Shown piece by piece: positions 1 through 12,302 of a DNA stretch of 64,000 nt. Position 1 is the first letter of the stretch. The number at the start of each line of letters is the position of its first letter. The notes beneath the pieces were generated by a model. It was not told where the DNA came from and did no database searches. It worked only from the letters and a program-made list of their open reading frames with translations. The DNA comes from Octopus vulgaris (Eukaryota), in contig OX597832.1 in assembly GCA_951406725.2 (NCBI GenBank), positions 32,550,001-32,614,000 of the forward strand, written 5' to 3'. Made by a program: the position numbers and the translations under genes.

Positions 1-739
1 ATCTATATATGCATGTACGTATGTACGTATGTATATCTGCATAAAGAAATATATATGTGGATAAATGATTTTGGTATTGTAAAGTGTTCTCTATGAGTAA
101 CGATAAAATATCAGAAGTAACAAACGGTATGGCTTCATGTTATTTATATATTCGAAGGTCACACAATCGTCACAAAATAGGCAGCGCGTTTCTTAAACAT
201 TAAGTTGGTGCTTCCAAAGGAGAAATTAGAAGTCAGTTATGGTGAGGAACGCTCTTACTTCTTCTCTGTATTGAACTGTATCGATCACTATTGAACTATA
301 CCTGGCTGAAATACAAGTAGTAGTGTTGTATTTGTGTAGGTCCATGATGAAAGATATTCCAACCACGATCACCCTCCTATGTTCTTTCCAATCACGTATT
401 TCTAACATCAAATATGTTCTACATATTTCTAAGATTCTAGAATTTGATTTGAGGGGTCCTTCATTTGCTGTTTTTAACACCAGAAAAAGCAGTATTTGAT
501 TCCGATATTCTGATATATTTTATTTATTATTCTTCAGTTTTGCTTTGTATTTCCAGGTAGAGTGAAAACAAGGTCTAGAATTGAAACACCGTTTGAAGTT
601 TGTGAAATGAGCCACATCAAATCAAATCAGTCGCTATGTCTTTTGACAGAGATGGTATTTTGGCGATCACTTTTAACTCATTCTACAATAACAGATGGGT
701 TATAGAATAAAGTTTGGTAAAAGTTACTTCAGATATGCT

Positions 740-880
740 AGAAGTTCGAAGAATTTCAATCAAACAGGTAGGAAATTCATTAAGACTTATATACAAGAAT
801 AGAAGAAAACTAAATTAGAGATGTGCCATACATTCACGACTGGGCAGCAAAAATATTCCTAAGCGGTTTAAGTTCATTAC
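740..880 (+). mobile_element. Possible highly decayed Penelope GIY-YIG endonuclease remnant
   Basis: NQTGRKFIKTYIQE* resembles 'YIGQTGR.L..R..EH'. Short and interrupted. Confidence 0.25.
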
Positions 881-1207
881 CTGTGATAGTGCTACATTAT
901 ATTTCAGGTAGATTCACCGAGAATATTTAAACATACTTCAAGATATTTCGAAAGTAATTACTTCAATTTTATCACGAAAAAGATTTTTAAAAAATAGGTT
1001 ATTTCTTTTGATACTATGGTATTACTGGAGAGTATATATTAAATATATATAAGGATCAAAGTTAAGTGCTTACATATAAATTAACTGAAATATATAGTCG
1101 TTGATTTGGCTCTAATATAGTCTCTAATTACACACACACGACACGAAAATGTCTCCTTTAAGTTCAAAGAACAAGGCTTCCTTTGCAATCAAGGTATGTT
1201 TAAATCA

Positions 1208-1244
<37 letters not shown>

Positions 1245-1308
1245 CATATATATGTATATATATATATATACACATATATATGTATGTATATATTTATATG
1301 TGTGTATG

Positions 1309-1352
<44 letters not shown>

Positions 1353-1555
1353 AAAATATATGTCTGTGCATATGTATGTGTAAATATACACATATATGAT
1401 ACATACATACATTATGTCCGTTTGTGAATAAGTAGATATATATTTTATGTAAGCACACGAACAGAGACAAAATCGCAATCACACACACACGCACTTACAC
1501 ACATTCATACACTCGTATATATATATTGTTATCTCTAATGTATGTAATTTAGTAA

Positions 1556-1593
<38 letters not shown>

Positions 1594-1734
1594 CACAAAC
1601 AGAAGACTGAAAACACTCTGCCTATGGCAAATATATTCTGTCTAATCACCTAATTATTATTTTTCAGATATATCTTACATCATGAGACTTTTAAGGATGT
1701 ACTCTAACCACAAATAGTAACTACTAAGTCTCGA

Positions 1735-1778
1735 TAATAATTAATAATAATAATACCAATAATGATAATAATAATGAT

Positions 1779-1857
<79 letters not shown>

Positions 1858-1900
1858 GTAATAACAATAATAACAGTAATAGTAGTAGTAATAATAAATA
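1735..1900. repeat. (TAA)n microsatellite
   Basis: Direct inspection. Confidence 0.95.
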
Positions 1901-2382
1901 TAACGAATTTCATGTATGTATATGTGCGTGTCACTTATACCTGATATTTCGGGAATATATTTGTCGAAATTAAATTCATTTCATATCACTTCTAATAGCA
2001 TTTGAACACTATCACCTCTCCACCTCATCGTCATCCTCCATTTCATTACACATCATCATCATCATCATCATCCTCGTCGTGGTCGTGGTCGTCGTTTTAG
2101 TCGTCTTCGTTTTTGTCGTCGTCCTCTCCTTCCTCTTGCTGTTGTTGTTATTGTTATTGTTCTTGTTGCTCTTCTTCCTCTTCTTCTAATTCTTCTTCTT
2201 CATCATCTCCTTTTCTTTCTTCATCTTCCTCTTCTTCTTTTTCTTTCTCCTCTTCCTCCATCTTATCCATCTTTGCACTAATGTAAAATGGATAAAATTA
2301 AAATAATAATACCGATGATAACGATAATAGTAACAACAACAACAACAACAAAAGCAAAAACAATAACAAAAATAATAATCTC

Positions 2383-2608
2383 GATGTTAACAAAGCCCTA
2401 ACCCATCAATGGTTAACATCTTCTGGTTTAATATCGGAGATAGAAGGGTTTATCAGAGCACCCCAATATCAATATCTACCCACAACGAGTTACCGGTCCA
2501 AGATATTAAAGAATGGCATTAGCCCAACATGTCTGAACATCTTGTCTCCATGTGCAGTCTTCTTGCGCCTACAGAGTATCTCAACAGGCATGATACAGCA
2601 GCGTAGTA
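2383..2608 (+). mobile_element. R4/Dong-like (RLE-endonuclease) non-LTR retrotransposon relic, 5' part, interrupted by a mariner
   Basis: Hand translation gives DVNKALTHQWLTSSGLISEIEGFIRAPQYQYLPTTSYRSKILKNGISPTC, then after a deletion/frameshift EHLVSMCSLLAPTEYLNRHD. This matches the post-RT 'ETEGF..A.QDQ...T', CCHC and RHD motifs of R4-clade elements. Preceded by AATAATAAT. Confidence 0.85.
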
Positions 2609-3830
2609 TTAGGATGTTTCACATAAAATGTCGCATTTTTAATTATTTCGCTCATTTAAAAACTCAATTATATACACCTTGCATTTAATATTGCCTCTCT
2701 TTCTTTCCCGACAATATTGGTATACAAAATTCGTACCCACACACCTTATGAAAATGATAACAACCGAACTATTTTCAGTTATTTTCTTATGTGAGTACAA
2801 ACTGGGTCACTCTGCTGCAGAAGCTGTACGGAATATCAAGCGGGCCTTTGGTAATGATTTATTTGACCTCAGAACTGTTCAGAGATAGTTCCAAAGGTCT
2901 CCTTCAGGAGATGATAGCCTTGAAAATAAACCAAGGTGAAGGCCAAAATCATTTATTCGACATGATGGATTAAATGCTTTCGTTAAACAAAATCAGAGAA
3001 CACAAATCCGGAAACTTACATTAGAATTCCAAATATCTCACACAACTATTTTTGGACACCTATAAAATGTTGGAAAAGTCAACCGAACGAGATGAAAAAA
3101 ACACAGACGCCTGGAAGTGTGCTCCTTATTGCTTTCTCGACTGGAAAAGTTCATTTTTGCATTAAATCATTACTTGTGAGAGAAATGGATACTCTTTGAC
3201 AACAGCAGGAGTACAGGACAGTGATTAGATGCAGGAGAGTCACTTACACATTACGCAAACCCACCATAGCACCCTAAAAAATTAGTGGTCACTGTATGGT
3301 GGTCTGCGAAGGGGGTTATACATTATTCATTTTTACTAGGGAGAACGGGAACAACAACATCGTATTGCCAGGAAATTGATTGTATTCCATGGGAATTTGA
3401 AACAGAAGCAATCCAGAGTAGTGAATAGAGATGGCCAAATTTTGCTCCACAACAATGCACATTCTCACACTCCACAAGTTACGGTCCAAAAGTTGCAAAA
3501 CCTGAATTATGAGATTTTCCAACATCCTTCCTGTTCCCCGTGATATCTCTCTTACTGATCATCCCTTATTTGTAAGCATTTTGATCCTTTTATAAGCAAT
3601 AAAACATTCTTAAATAGAGAAGAGGTAATTGAAGCATTCAGAGAGTTTATCACAGCAAAAGATGAATTCTTTTTCTTTTTAATGATGGAATATATGACAT
3701 AGAGAAACGATGGGTAAACGTCATAAATTAACATGGATCATACTTTGATTAAGTTAATCAGTTCTCTAACACTTCTGGAACATTTCATTGTTGCCTTTCA
3801 AAAACGACTTTTCCGTGTGATTCCACATAA
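2609..3830 (+). mobile_element. Decayed full-length mariner (Tc1/mariner, DD34D-type) DNA transposon
   Basis: TA at 2607-2608 and 3831-3832. Degenerate terminal inverted repeats (TTAGGATGTTTCACATAAAATGTCG / CGACTTTTCCGTGTGATTCCACATAA). Frameshifted transposase motifs: HTH 'EYKLGHSAAEAVRNIKRAFG..RTVQR', 'IITC.EKWILFDN', 'TVWWS', 'LLHNNAHSH', 'HPSCSP-D', C-terminal 'RWVNVIN.HGSYFD'. Confidence 0.9.
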
Positions 3831-4478
3831 TATATTCACTGGCTGATTTGCGAAGACTTGGATCTGCTCCATGATAAGAACTGGTGGGGACACAGTGCTT
3901 CAAAATGAATGATCACAATGCAATCCTCTAGAACGTCATCGTTCAAACTGACAGAAAGATAGATGCGAATAAGCCAGACATTATATTGAAGGACATCAAA
4001 CAAATATCATATCTCCTCGCCGATATGACTGTCCCAATCGACATAAATGTATCTGTCAAGAGCAACTAAGAACTAATCAAGTATAAAGACCATGAAATAG
4101 AAATTAGCAAAATGTGGAACCTCAAGAATAAAGCAATACCTGTTGTATTAGGTGCCTTACGAATGAGAGCAAAAGGGCTGATTGCTACCTAGCTAAGATA
4201 CCAGGAAATCCAAAAAATGACAGAAAATCAAAAAGATACTGCTCAAGGGAACTGCCCAAAATGTACGTAAAATGCTGTCTATATAATCTCAAATTTTAAA
4301 ACAAACTTGCAATTTTTTTATATTTTCTTAAGCATTGTCTGGAACAATTCTTTATGGAAAACCAAGTATGTGGCACCCTAGTCAGAAAACCAACTCGAAC
4401 TTCTAACCTGTTGTGTCTTGAGGTCTCTGGGTGAGACATGGGGTAAAATTCTACAAATACAAAGCTAAAGTCTAACGT
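3831..4478 (+). mobile_element. R4/Dong-like LINE relic, 3' part: RLE endonuclease and 3' UTR ending in TAA repeats
   Basis: YIHWLICEDLDLLHDKNWWGH continues the frame broken at 2608. Then TDRKIDANKPDIILKD..LLADMTVP (PD..D motif) and KYKDHEIEISKMWNLKNKAIPVVLGAL. The 3' UTR is homologous to 41950-42116 and ends in TAATAATAA. Confidence 0.88.
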
Positions 4479-4734
4479 ATAATAATAACAACAGTAAAAA
4501 TACATTAATTAATCAATAATAATTTTAAAAATAATAATAATAGACAACATTCAATAACACCTTTTAATAATGAATGGAATTAATAAAAGTGTTGGTAATA
4601 ATGATGATAATAATAATAGCGAAAACTCATGTCGGATCAGAGGAAATATTAACAATAACAAAGAGTAAAAAATTGAAAATAATATCAGTGAGGATATTAA
4701 TAATAATGAAAGGAACTGGTTGGAATCTCCCCAC

Positions 4735-4890
4735 GTCCTGATCGATGATGCATCTAGTGATGGTGTCGCACTAAAAACACTGGTAATTGTTATCATTTTG
4801 GCGTATCCCAACCGCGAGGAATCGGTACAGGATGGGTCAACACGGTCGTTGCGGGCAGTAAATATTCTCATGTATTCCATTTTCCGACTC
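4735..4890 (+). repeat. Degenerate copy of the hammerhead-like repeat at 35000
   Basis: GGATGGGTCAACACGGTCGTTGCGGGCAGTAAATATTCTCATGTATTCCATTTTCCGACTCA aligns with AGATGCGTCGAAACGATCGTGGTGAGCAATAAATTTTCTCGTATGGTCCATTTTTCGTCTCA. The catalytic core is decayed. Confidence 0.55.
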
Positions 4891-4904
4891 ACACACATAC
4901 ACGT

Positions 4905-4953
<49 letters not shown>

Positions 4954-6511
4954 TTTGTGTATGGATATACACATTGCAGCAGAATAACTCCTGTAGACTT
5001 TTCCGATGCACACTGCTGCTATTGAAGTTTGGCAAGGTTTCTCGTTTCCTCCATGTCGCTAACGTCGTACAAGATGTTCCAGTTACCATTATGGCTTAAA
5101 TCAGGGAAACTTTCCGTTCACGACCGAAACTTTTACCAACAATAATAGGCAGAGTGGATGCTTTGCGGCACGCTGTGTTTTTATCTTAATATATTATCAT
5201 GTTTCATGTATGTGTGTAATTGCCAAGTAAACACATTTATTATACACACTTCTTATGCACATATGCATACATATACGCACTATATACATACACACAGTAT
5301 ATCCACAGGTATGTTTAGATTAGTGTATTGACTATTTGCTTACCTATTTAGCTGTTGTCACAAATTGTATTGAAAGAGAATCGTTAATTTGTCTCAAATT
5401 CCAGCAACTGTTGATTATAGGTAATCGATTATTTATCGTGTAAATATAGGTGAATATACGATCTGAAAGCTGGATGGGAAATCGATAATGATAAGCAAGT
5501 CCAGAATTTTGGATAGGTGTTAAACAGTGGGCAGAGACGTTAGATATATTGGATTGGCAATCATGGTCCGAACGTGTTAACTAATTATCGACCATAATAT
5601 TTGAGAAAGCAATTAAACATTAGGGGAAGAGCGAGCAAATGGGAGAAAGAGAAAGATAGAGAGGAGGAGGAGGAGGTGGAGAAATAAAGAAAGAAAGAGA
5701 GAGAGAAAGGAGTAGTAGTAAGGGGAGAAGTGAGAACAAGATCTTAGTCGATGCGTACCAAACACTTATGTTTATTTGTACGTATACATGATTCTATGTC
5801 TGTGCAGACACATGCGCGCATATTTATAGATATAGTTATATGCATGCGTGTGCATGCGTGGACACACATACACAGAGACACATAACCACACACACACGTG
5901 TGTGCATATATTTATATGTGTATGTGTACACGTATCTGATTGTTCTGGAACTTATCAAAAGTTTTTACTCTGCCTACTTCAAAGGAATCACAAATTATCA
6001 AACAGCGACACCTTTCTAAGTTTTTGAATATGTGATCCGGATTGTGTATTTGGGTAAATATGAGTGTGAGCGGGGACAGACTGTGCCTGTCAGCTTTGTA
6101 CACGAGAATGCACCATTCATTTTTGATTGTGTATGTGTGGGGATGTGTGCATATGTGTGTGTGTGTGTCAGTGTGTAAGACTGTGTGTATATAACTGGGA
6201 GACACCTTATCGAATGTATATGTGGAGCCATGGCATCTCAAAAGAAGAAGATCTGGAATATTCCGTAAGTTGTACCAGTGATAGAATTTGTATGGACAAT
6301 GCGGTTCGGTTTTTCGTATCAGCTTCGTTTTGATAAACAGAAAGAATATCTCTCGCCGCTTATTTTGCCGAAGAGTTCTTTTTGAATTCCTGCAGCATGT
6401 CATGTCTAATCTAAACTCATTTTCAAAGCCGTTCGACTTTGAGCACTTCGGTAGAAATCTTTGAGAGAAAAGAGAAAAAAATAACGTTAGCACTTAAATG
6501 TTAATGCTTAT

Positions 6512-6840
6512 TTAACCAACAGTATTAAGTGACCATCTCAAAATGGAGGTAGCTGACATGACCGAAATGAAATAGACGGACACTATGGCACTGAGGGCAC
6601 TATAAGTGGCCATGGACGACGGCCGTAAGCGGTTGATGAGAAGGGGGTCTGTTCCTTTCTTCATGCAATCTCCATTCGGTTCCAGCATCACATACGGACT
6701 TCTCTTCCTTCGGATCAACGAAACCATCCAGTGGCTGCGTTCGATGCAATCGACGTTTGAATGGACACCCACATTTAGAGAACAACAGAGACAATTGCAG
6801 AAGAAATCATTAACTTCACAGTTTATATAAGCAGTCTCTC
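6512..6840 (-). CDS. Putative terminal coding exon of a secreted or GPI-anchored Cys-rich protein
   Basis: Non-repetitive, GC-richer block. 108-codon open frame starting at acceptor ttttgatattcag|GA, with an in-frame TGA just upstream: ETAYINCEVNDFFCNCLCC...RRKR...PSSMATYSALSAIVSVYFISVMSATSILRWSLNTVG*. RRKR is furin-like and the C-terminus is hydrophobic. No family recognised. Confidence 0.35.
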
Positions 6841-7418
6841 CTGAATATCAAAACTTACAAACCAACACTAGAATACATTATATTGTGTACGGTAGTTTGT
6901 ACATAATTTCCGCAAAGATGTATTTTGTATGATGCGGACATGAAGAAGTTAATTCGCTCTTAGTATTTACTTAGTGGCTGGATGTCCTTAAAATATTTTT
7001 AAAGATAGTTTTTCAAACGATCATATAGAAAATCTTAGAAAGGCTCTTCCACTTGATATTGTAGCTGTCGTTCTCGTTCTTACGTTTCCAGACTAATGCC
7101 GACATTGTGGTTACACATCTCTTCGCGAGGTGTCTCTAGTATTTTCCTAAATAAGTGTGGTCACTCAAACGTCGATTGCCGCGAGCACAGTTAGTAAACG
7201 GTCTGGTCGATATTACTAGATGGATAAATGGTGAAATAAATTAATATTTCTGCCAGTAACCTTCCGGCAGTTTTATTTCACAAGTCCTTTTGTGTTTTTT
7301 ATTATATCTTTACTCTCAAATTATTGCTTGCTATACGATTCATTGTGAATGATGTCACTCAGTGTGTGTGGGTGTGTGTGCGAGTAAACACATATATATA
7401 CACACACACACACACATG

Positions 7419-7464
<46 letters not shown>

Positions 7465-7844
7465 AATGCATGCACACATACACACACAGAGGACGTGCAC
7501 ACATGCATATATATGTAATGTCGAGCTTCCTTTCAGTTACCATCTACGACATTCACTCACAAGCCATTGGTCGGCTGGGGCTATACTGCATCTTGAGTCC
7601 CACGGTAGGACTGAAATCAGAAGCATGCGTTTGGGAAACGAACTTATCACCACATAATCACCCTTGTGCCAGCAGCAATGCGAATTACATCCGCTTCTAA
7701 TGATCTGAATCCAGTGCGATCTTTGGAAGAATCAATCAGCTGCCTCGTCCACGATGTTGCTAACCATACCTTTGTGCTTTGAGGACTAATCAAGACCAAT
7801 AACTACAGCAACAACAATTTTAAGCAGTCATATAATGTAGCCTT

Positions 7845-8232
7845 ATCTTTTACTTTTATGTTTACATGTGTCAATCATTAGACTGCGGCCATGCTGGGGC
7901 ATCACTTAGAAGAATGTTTAGTAGAATGAATCGACTCCATTACAATTGTTTTGATTTCTCGAACTTAATCTATCATTGTTTTTTCCAAACAGCTAATTTA
8001 CAGGGATCTAAACACACTAATACCGGTCTCCAAACAGTGATGAGAGACAAACGCTTACACGCAAACGACAGGCTTCTTTTCATTGTTCGTCTACCAAATC
8101 CACTCACAGTGATTTGGTCGGCACGGGTCTAGACTTGGATATAATCACCCAAGGTGCCACGCAGTGGAAGTGGAACTGAACCTGGAACCGTGCCGCTGGG
8201 AATCAATCTTCTTACCACACAACAACGCCTGT
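7845..8232 (-). mobile_element. tRNA-derived SINE family A, near full length (head, body, LINE-like tail)
   Basis: Head is homologous to 61676-61832 (TGTGTGGTAAGA...GGTTCAGT box-like motifs). Tail contains GCCCCAGCATGGCCGC and a TAAAAG-type repeat. Confidence 0.75.
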
Positions 8233-10223
8233 CTGATGAGAAGATTGACCTGACACAGCCTTGAGATTCTTTTAATTTGCCTTATGAATCTCTTGCATCA
8301 TGGACTGTCCTGGGTGGAAGGATTCCGACGAACAGAACAACAACGCCATGTTTAGTTTACTCCAAAGACATCAATCAACGAACCAACCAACGAATCAACC
8401 AGCCACCCAGCCAGCCAGTCAGCCAAACTCAGCCAGTCAGCCAGCTACCTACTAATGATTCAATCAATTAATTAAGTAAGCAAATAGACAAATATACAAG
8501 CAAACAGTAAATACATAAATATTGATTCTATCCTCGCCAAATAATAAACGAATTTGACTCTAAACAAAGAATATAACGAATTAAATATTTCTTAATCGTA
8601 CTCAAAACGACTCAAATGAAATTCCGAAGGAGAAATGTATGACATCCATACTCAACCGAGACACCATCGCCATCGTCCACGATTAGTCTCAATCTGTCTC
8701 CATCGCTTCTATTTATTGTTCTCTGTCTATAAATTGAGTTCCTCCTCTTCCTCTCTCTCTCTCTCTCTCACTCTCTGTATCTCTCTCTCTCTATCAATCT
8801 ATCTATATCTCTCTCTCTATCTATTTCCCTCTCTCTGTCTATATCTCTCCACCACTCTCTCTCTCTCTCTCTCACTCTTCACTCGTAACTTTCTTGGTGT
8901 TTCTTGTTTCTCCTCTCTGTCAATCTTGTCTTACTCTTTCTCTTTTCCTATTCCTCTCACTTTCTCTCTATTTAAATGCGCTGACCTCTGGCGCAATACA
9001 CGAATTTGAGAGGTCGATGCTAATTCTTTAATTAGTCAATACAAACACGGTCATACCAAATAATAAGCAAACGTGTCCTAAAGCGATAAATATTCTACAA
9101 GATTTTAAAAGCCGGGTGGCATTTTAAGTGTGTGAAGTACTACTACCCAAGCCTCTCTTTAATTCAATCGCGTTAATGTTTTTAAAATAGAAATACGAGT
9201 TCATTAGAATGTTTGCTACAAGCTCTGAGACGATAATATGATATTAATTGAATTACCACTGCCAAAACTTTATAGTTATTGAATTAGCAATTGTAAGCAT
9301 TTGGGATTAATAGAGAAACTTGTATAGAATTTAAAAGTCGAAAAGTTTGTACAGGAAATATAATGAGATTCAAGAGAAATTTGGCCAAAGTTAAATTAGC
9401 GGCAGTTCAACAGAAAAGCAGATACACAGCTATAATACGATGGCCATTAAATGAAATATCTTTATTGTAAATGAAAGAGAATAATGTTACGTTAACAATA
9501 TTACTTTGCAACAAGGTTTATGGAAAACTAATACACCAATCAGGTTAGCTCGCCTAAACTTTCTTGCCCTCAAACTTGTCAGGGTTTAAATTCATTAGTG
9601 GTTGGTTAAGTTATGTATGTGCGTTATATGTTAATACATTCCTGACTATCCAAACCTCTCTGAAATGGCTACAGAGCAGTTATCATTAATTTCTCTGTTC
9701 CACCCGTTCCTCATAGTGTGTTGGGTTATGAGGGACCTGCACACAACACGAACTAATTGGGGACGTTATAGCCGTACTGGAAAGAAGCTCTCCCGTTGTC
9801 CGGTGCTCCGGAAGAGGTTAGGGCATCTAAAACTAAGACTCAGGAACTTATACCATAATCTCAGCCCCTTCGCCCCATAATATCGCATTTAGAAGTAGGA
9901 AGTAGTAAGGATGCCTTATATAAAATGTATAAGGTTCGGTTGGGTGGATGGTGCATGCTTAAAAGGAAATAAATGTCTTTGAGGGGTAAATTGGAATCGA
10001 TCCTTAGTCCCGGGGTGATGTAATGAGATACGTTTACTAATAATATCCCGAATTTCAGATAAGAGTCCGGAGGAAATAACGTAACCTTAATGATCTCATG
10101 TCTATTTACGACATCGAAATCGCTCTTTACACTTGCTTTTGATGCGGGGGCTCTTTTCGTCGTCGTCGTAGCTGTACTTAGAATAGTAGTAGCAGAATCA
10201 GCAGCAGCGTGTCATCATCATCG

Positions 10224-10305
<82 letters not shown>

Positions 10306-10310
10306 GATCA

Positions 10311-10440
10311 TTGAATGAGACAGCAGTGCATACCATCAAATTGACACTGGGGTACAAATATACGAAGCCTGGTATACTCATCAGGACAACCCGTCTGATG
10401 AGGGTACACCAGGTACATGCATAACAACAACATGTGTGTG
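10311..10440 (-). mobile_element. 3' end of the TAA-tailed retroelement family also seen at 41340-41545
   Basis: CATCAAATTGACACTGGGGTACAAATATACGAAGCC...CCCGTCTGATGAGGGTACACCAGG is the reverse complement of about 41450-41525. Tail is (TTA)n at 10225-10305. Confidence 0.7.
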
Positions 10441-10844
10441 TCAGGAATCTTCCTTGGATTATTATTATTTCCAGATTTTAACATCCCGATATCAAATTCT
10501 GCCAAAGTTGACATTGCATTCATGTAGTGTCTTGCCAGAATATTATGATTTGAGGAATTTTGGCTGCGGTTTTTTTCTGACGTTCCGATGGACTATTTAG
10601 GAGTTTGACTTTTTTTGGCGATTAAATGAATCTCCATTCAAGATTTGCTGTTTGTCATAGTGGAAAAAGAGCCATTTAAAATCCAACCCGGACTAATTTG
10701 CTACAAGAGTCAGCACAAAATAACTTCGATTCACAAACTTTGCTGCCCAATGGAAATAAACGATGTTTACCCATAAATACGAAATCAATAAACATTTTAG
10801 GATTTGCAGACAATACATCGATGGTTGATGAATCATATGAAGCA

Positions 10845-10857
10845 CACACACACAAAT

Positions 10858-10889
<32 letters not shown>

Positions 10890-11138
10890 TCACATACATA
10901 CACACACTCACACACACATTGTACTTATCAGTATTTTACCTGGATGTTCAACTCTAGTTGCTTATATACAAGAGCACACCTATACACAGCCGTCCAACCA
11001 ATACATATATATGTCTGTGTGTGTGAGGTGTGTATGTGTGTGTGTATGTGTGTATATATACATATATATATATACACACATGTATATATATATTTATATG
11101 TATATATATATTCATATATGTATGTGTACATATATATA

Positions 11139-11208
<70 letters not shown>

Positions 11209-11600
11209 CGTGTGTGTATGAATGTAAATGTATATATAAGTGTACATGTATTTGACGGTGTGCGGATGTTTATGTACACTATTGTTGGACATTCAGAAAC
11301 ACACAGATATATATCACACATATATGTGTATATATACATATGTACAAGTACACATAGAGACATATGTGGATATTTGTGTGTGCATTGACATGTATACTTA
11401 TATACGAATGTTTATATATATGTGCATATATATATATTTATATGTATATATATGTATATATGTATATATATATATGTATATATATATATACATATATATA
11501 TACCTTGATTCATATATACGTACATACATACTTCCATACATACATATCTATACATACATACACACGATATATATGTGTATGTATAAGTGTCGTTTGTGTA
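10845..11600. repeat. Compound (CA)/(TG)/(TA) microsatellite field
   Basis: Direct inspection. Similar fields at about 1210-1410, 14900-15340, 23350-23750, 38130-38550, 43180-43570 and 57650-57900. Confidence 0.95.
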
Positions 11601-12155
11601 TTATTTTTGTGTGTGCTGGGTATGGTTGAGGTCGTTCAAATAGAGACATAACAAAGAAAGAACGAAGGAAAGAAAGATGGAAAGAGAGAAAGAAAAGAAG
11701 GAAGAAAGGAAGGCGTAGTAAGAAGAGCTAACTGATTAGCCAGGCACAGTAACAGACACTTCATTAGTTGACGTGAATGTATATATTTCATCAATGGATA
11801 CTAAAAATTTCTAGATGGTTTATTTTCAGGGAAAAAATACAAACAAACATAAAAATGTTTTCTTTTTCTGTCTTTTTTTCTTCTTTTTTTTTTACATTTT
11901 ATTAGAATATTCTTTATTTCAGTGAATTATTGGAATAAATACGTTTATGAGATTCTTAATAGTGCTGGACTTTCGTTTCTGATACTATCGATTTTTGATC
12001 GATATATCCAGGAAATATTTGTAAGATATTGCTATTTTCGCTTGCTATTTTCTTTTGCGCTTTTATAGATACGTGTACACAAACACATAGATACAGAAAC
12101 GGTCACGCACGCACACATACACACACACACACGTATTCTTTTGTGTGTACATATA

Positions 12156-12203
<48 letters not shown>

Positions 12204-12269
12204 CGTGTTTATGTGCGTGTATATGAGTGTATGTATGCATGCATATATGTGTATATTTTTAATGTATAT

Positions 12270-12302
<33 letters not shown>

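Noticed and set aside
226-480. 84-aa minus-strand ORF
   Set aside because: No recognisable motif, splice signals or ATG context.
5912-6493. 193-aa minus-strand ORF with a polypyrimidine tract near 6465
   Set aside because: Half is CA-repeat-derived, the acceptor is AAG and no domain is recognisable; more likely UTR or non-coding.
6606-6830. Plus-strand 74-aa ORF overlapping the candidate exon
   Set aside because: Shorter than the minus-strand frame with no recognisable features; not excluded but unsupported.
10396-10403. CTGATGAG resembling a hammerhead core
   Set aside because: No stem II or GAAA partner; it is one arm of a retroelement 3' UTR hairpin.
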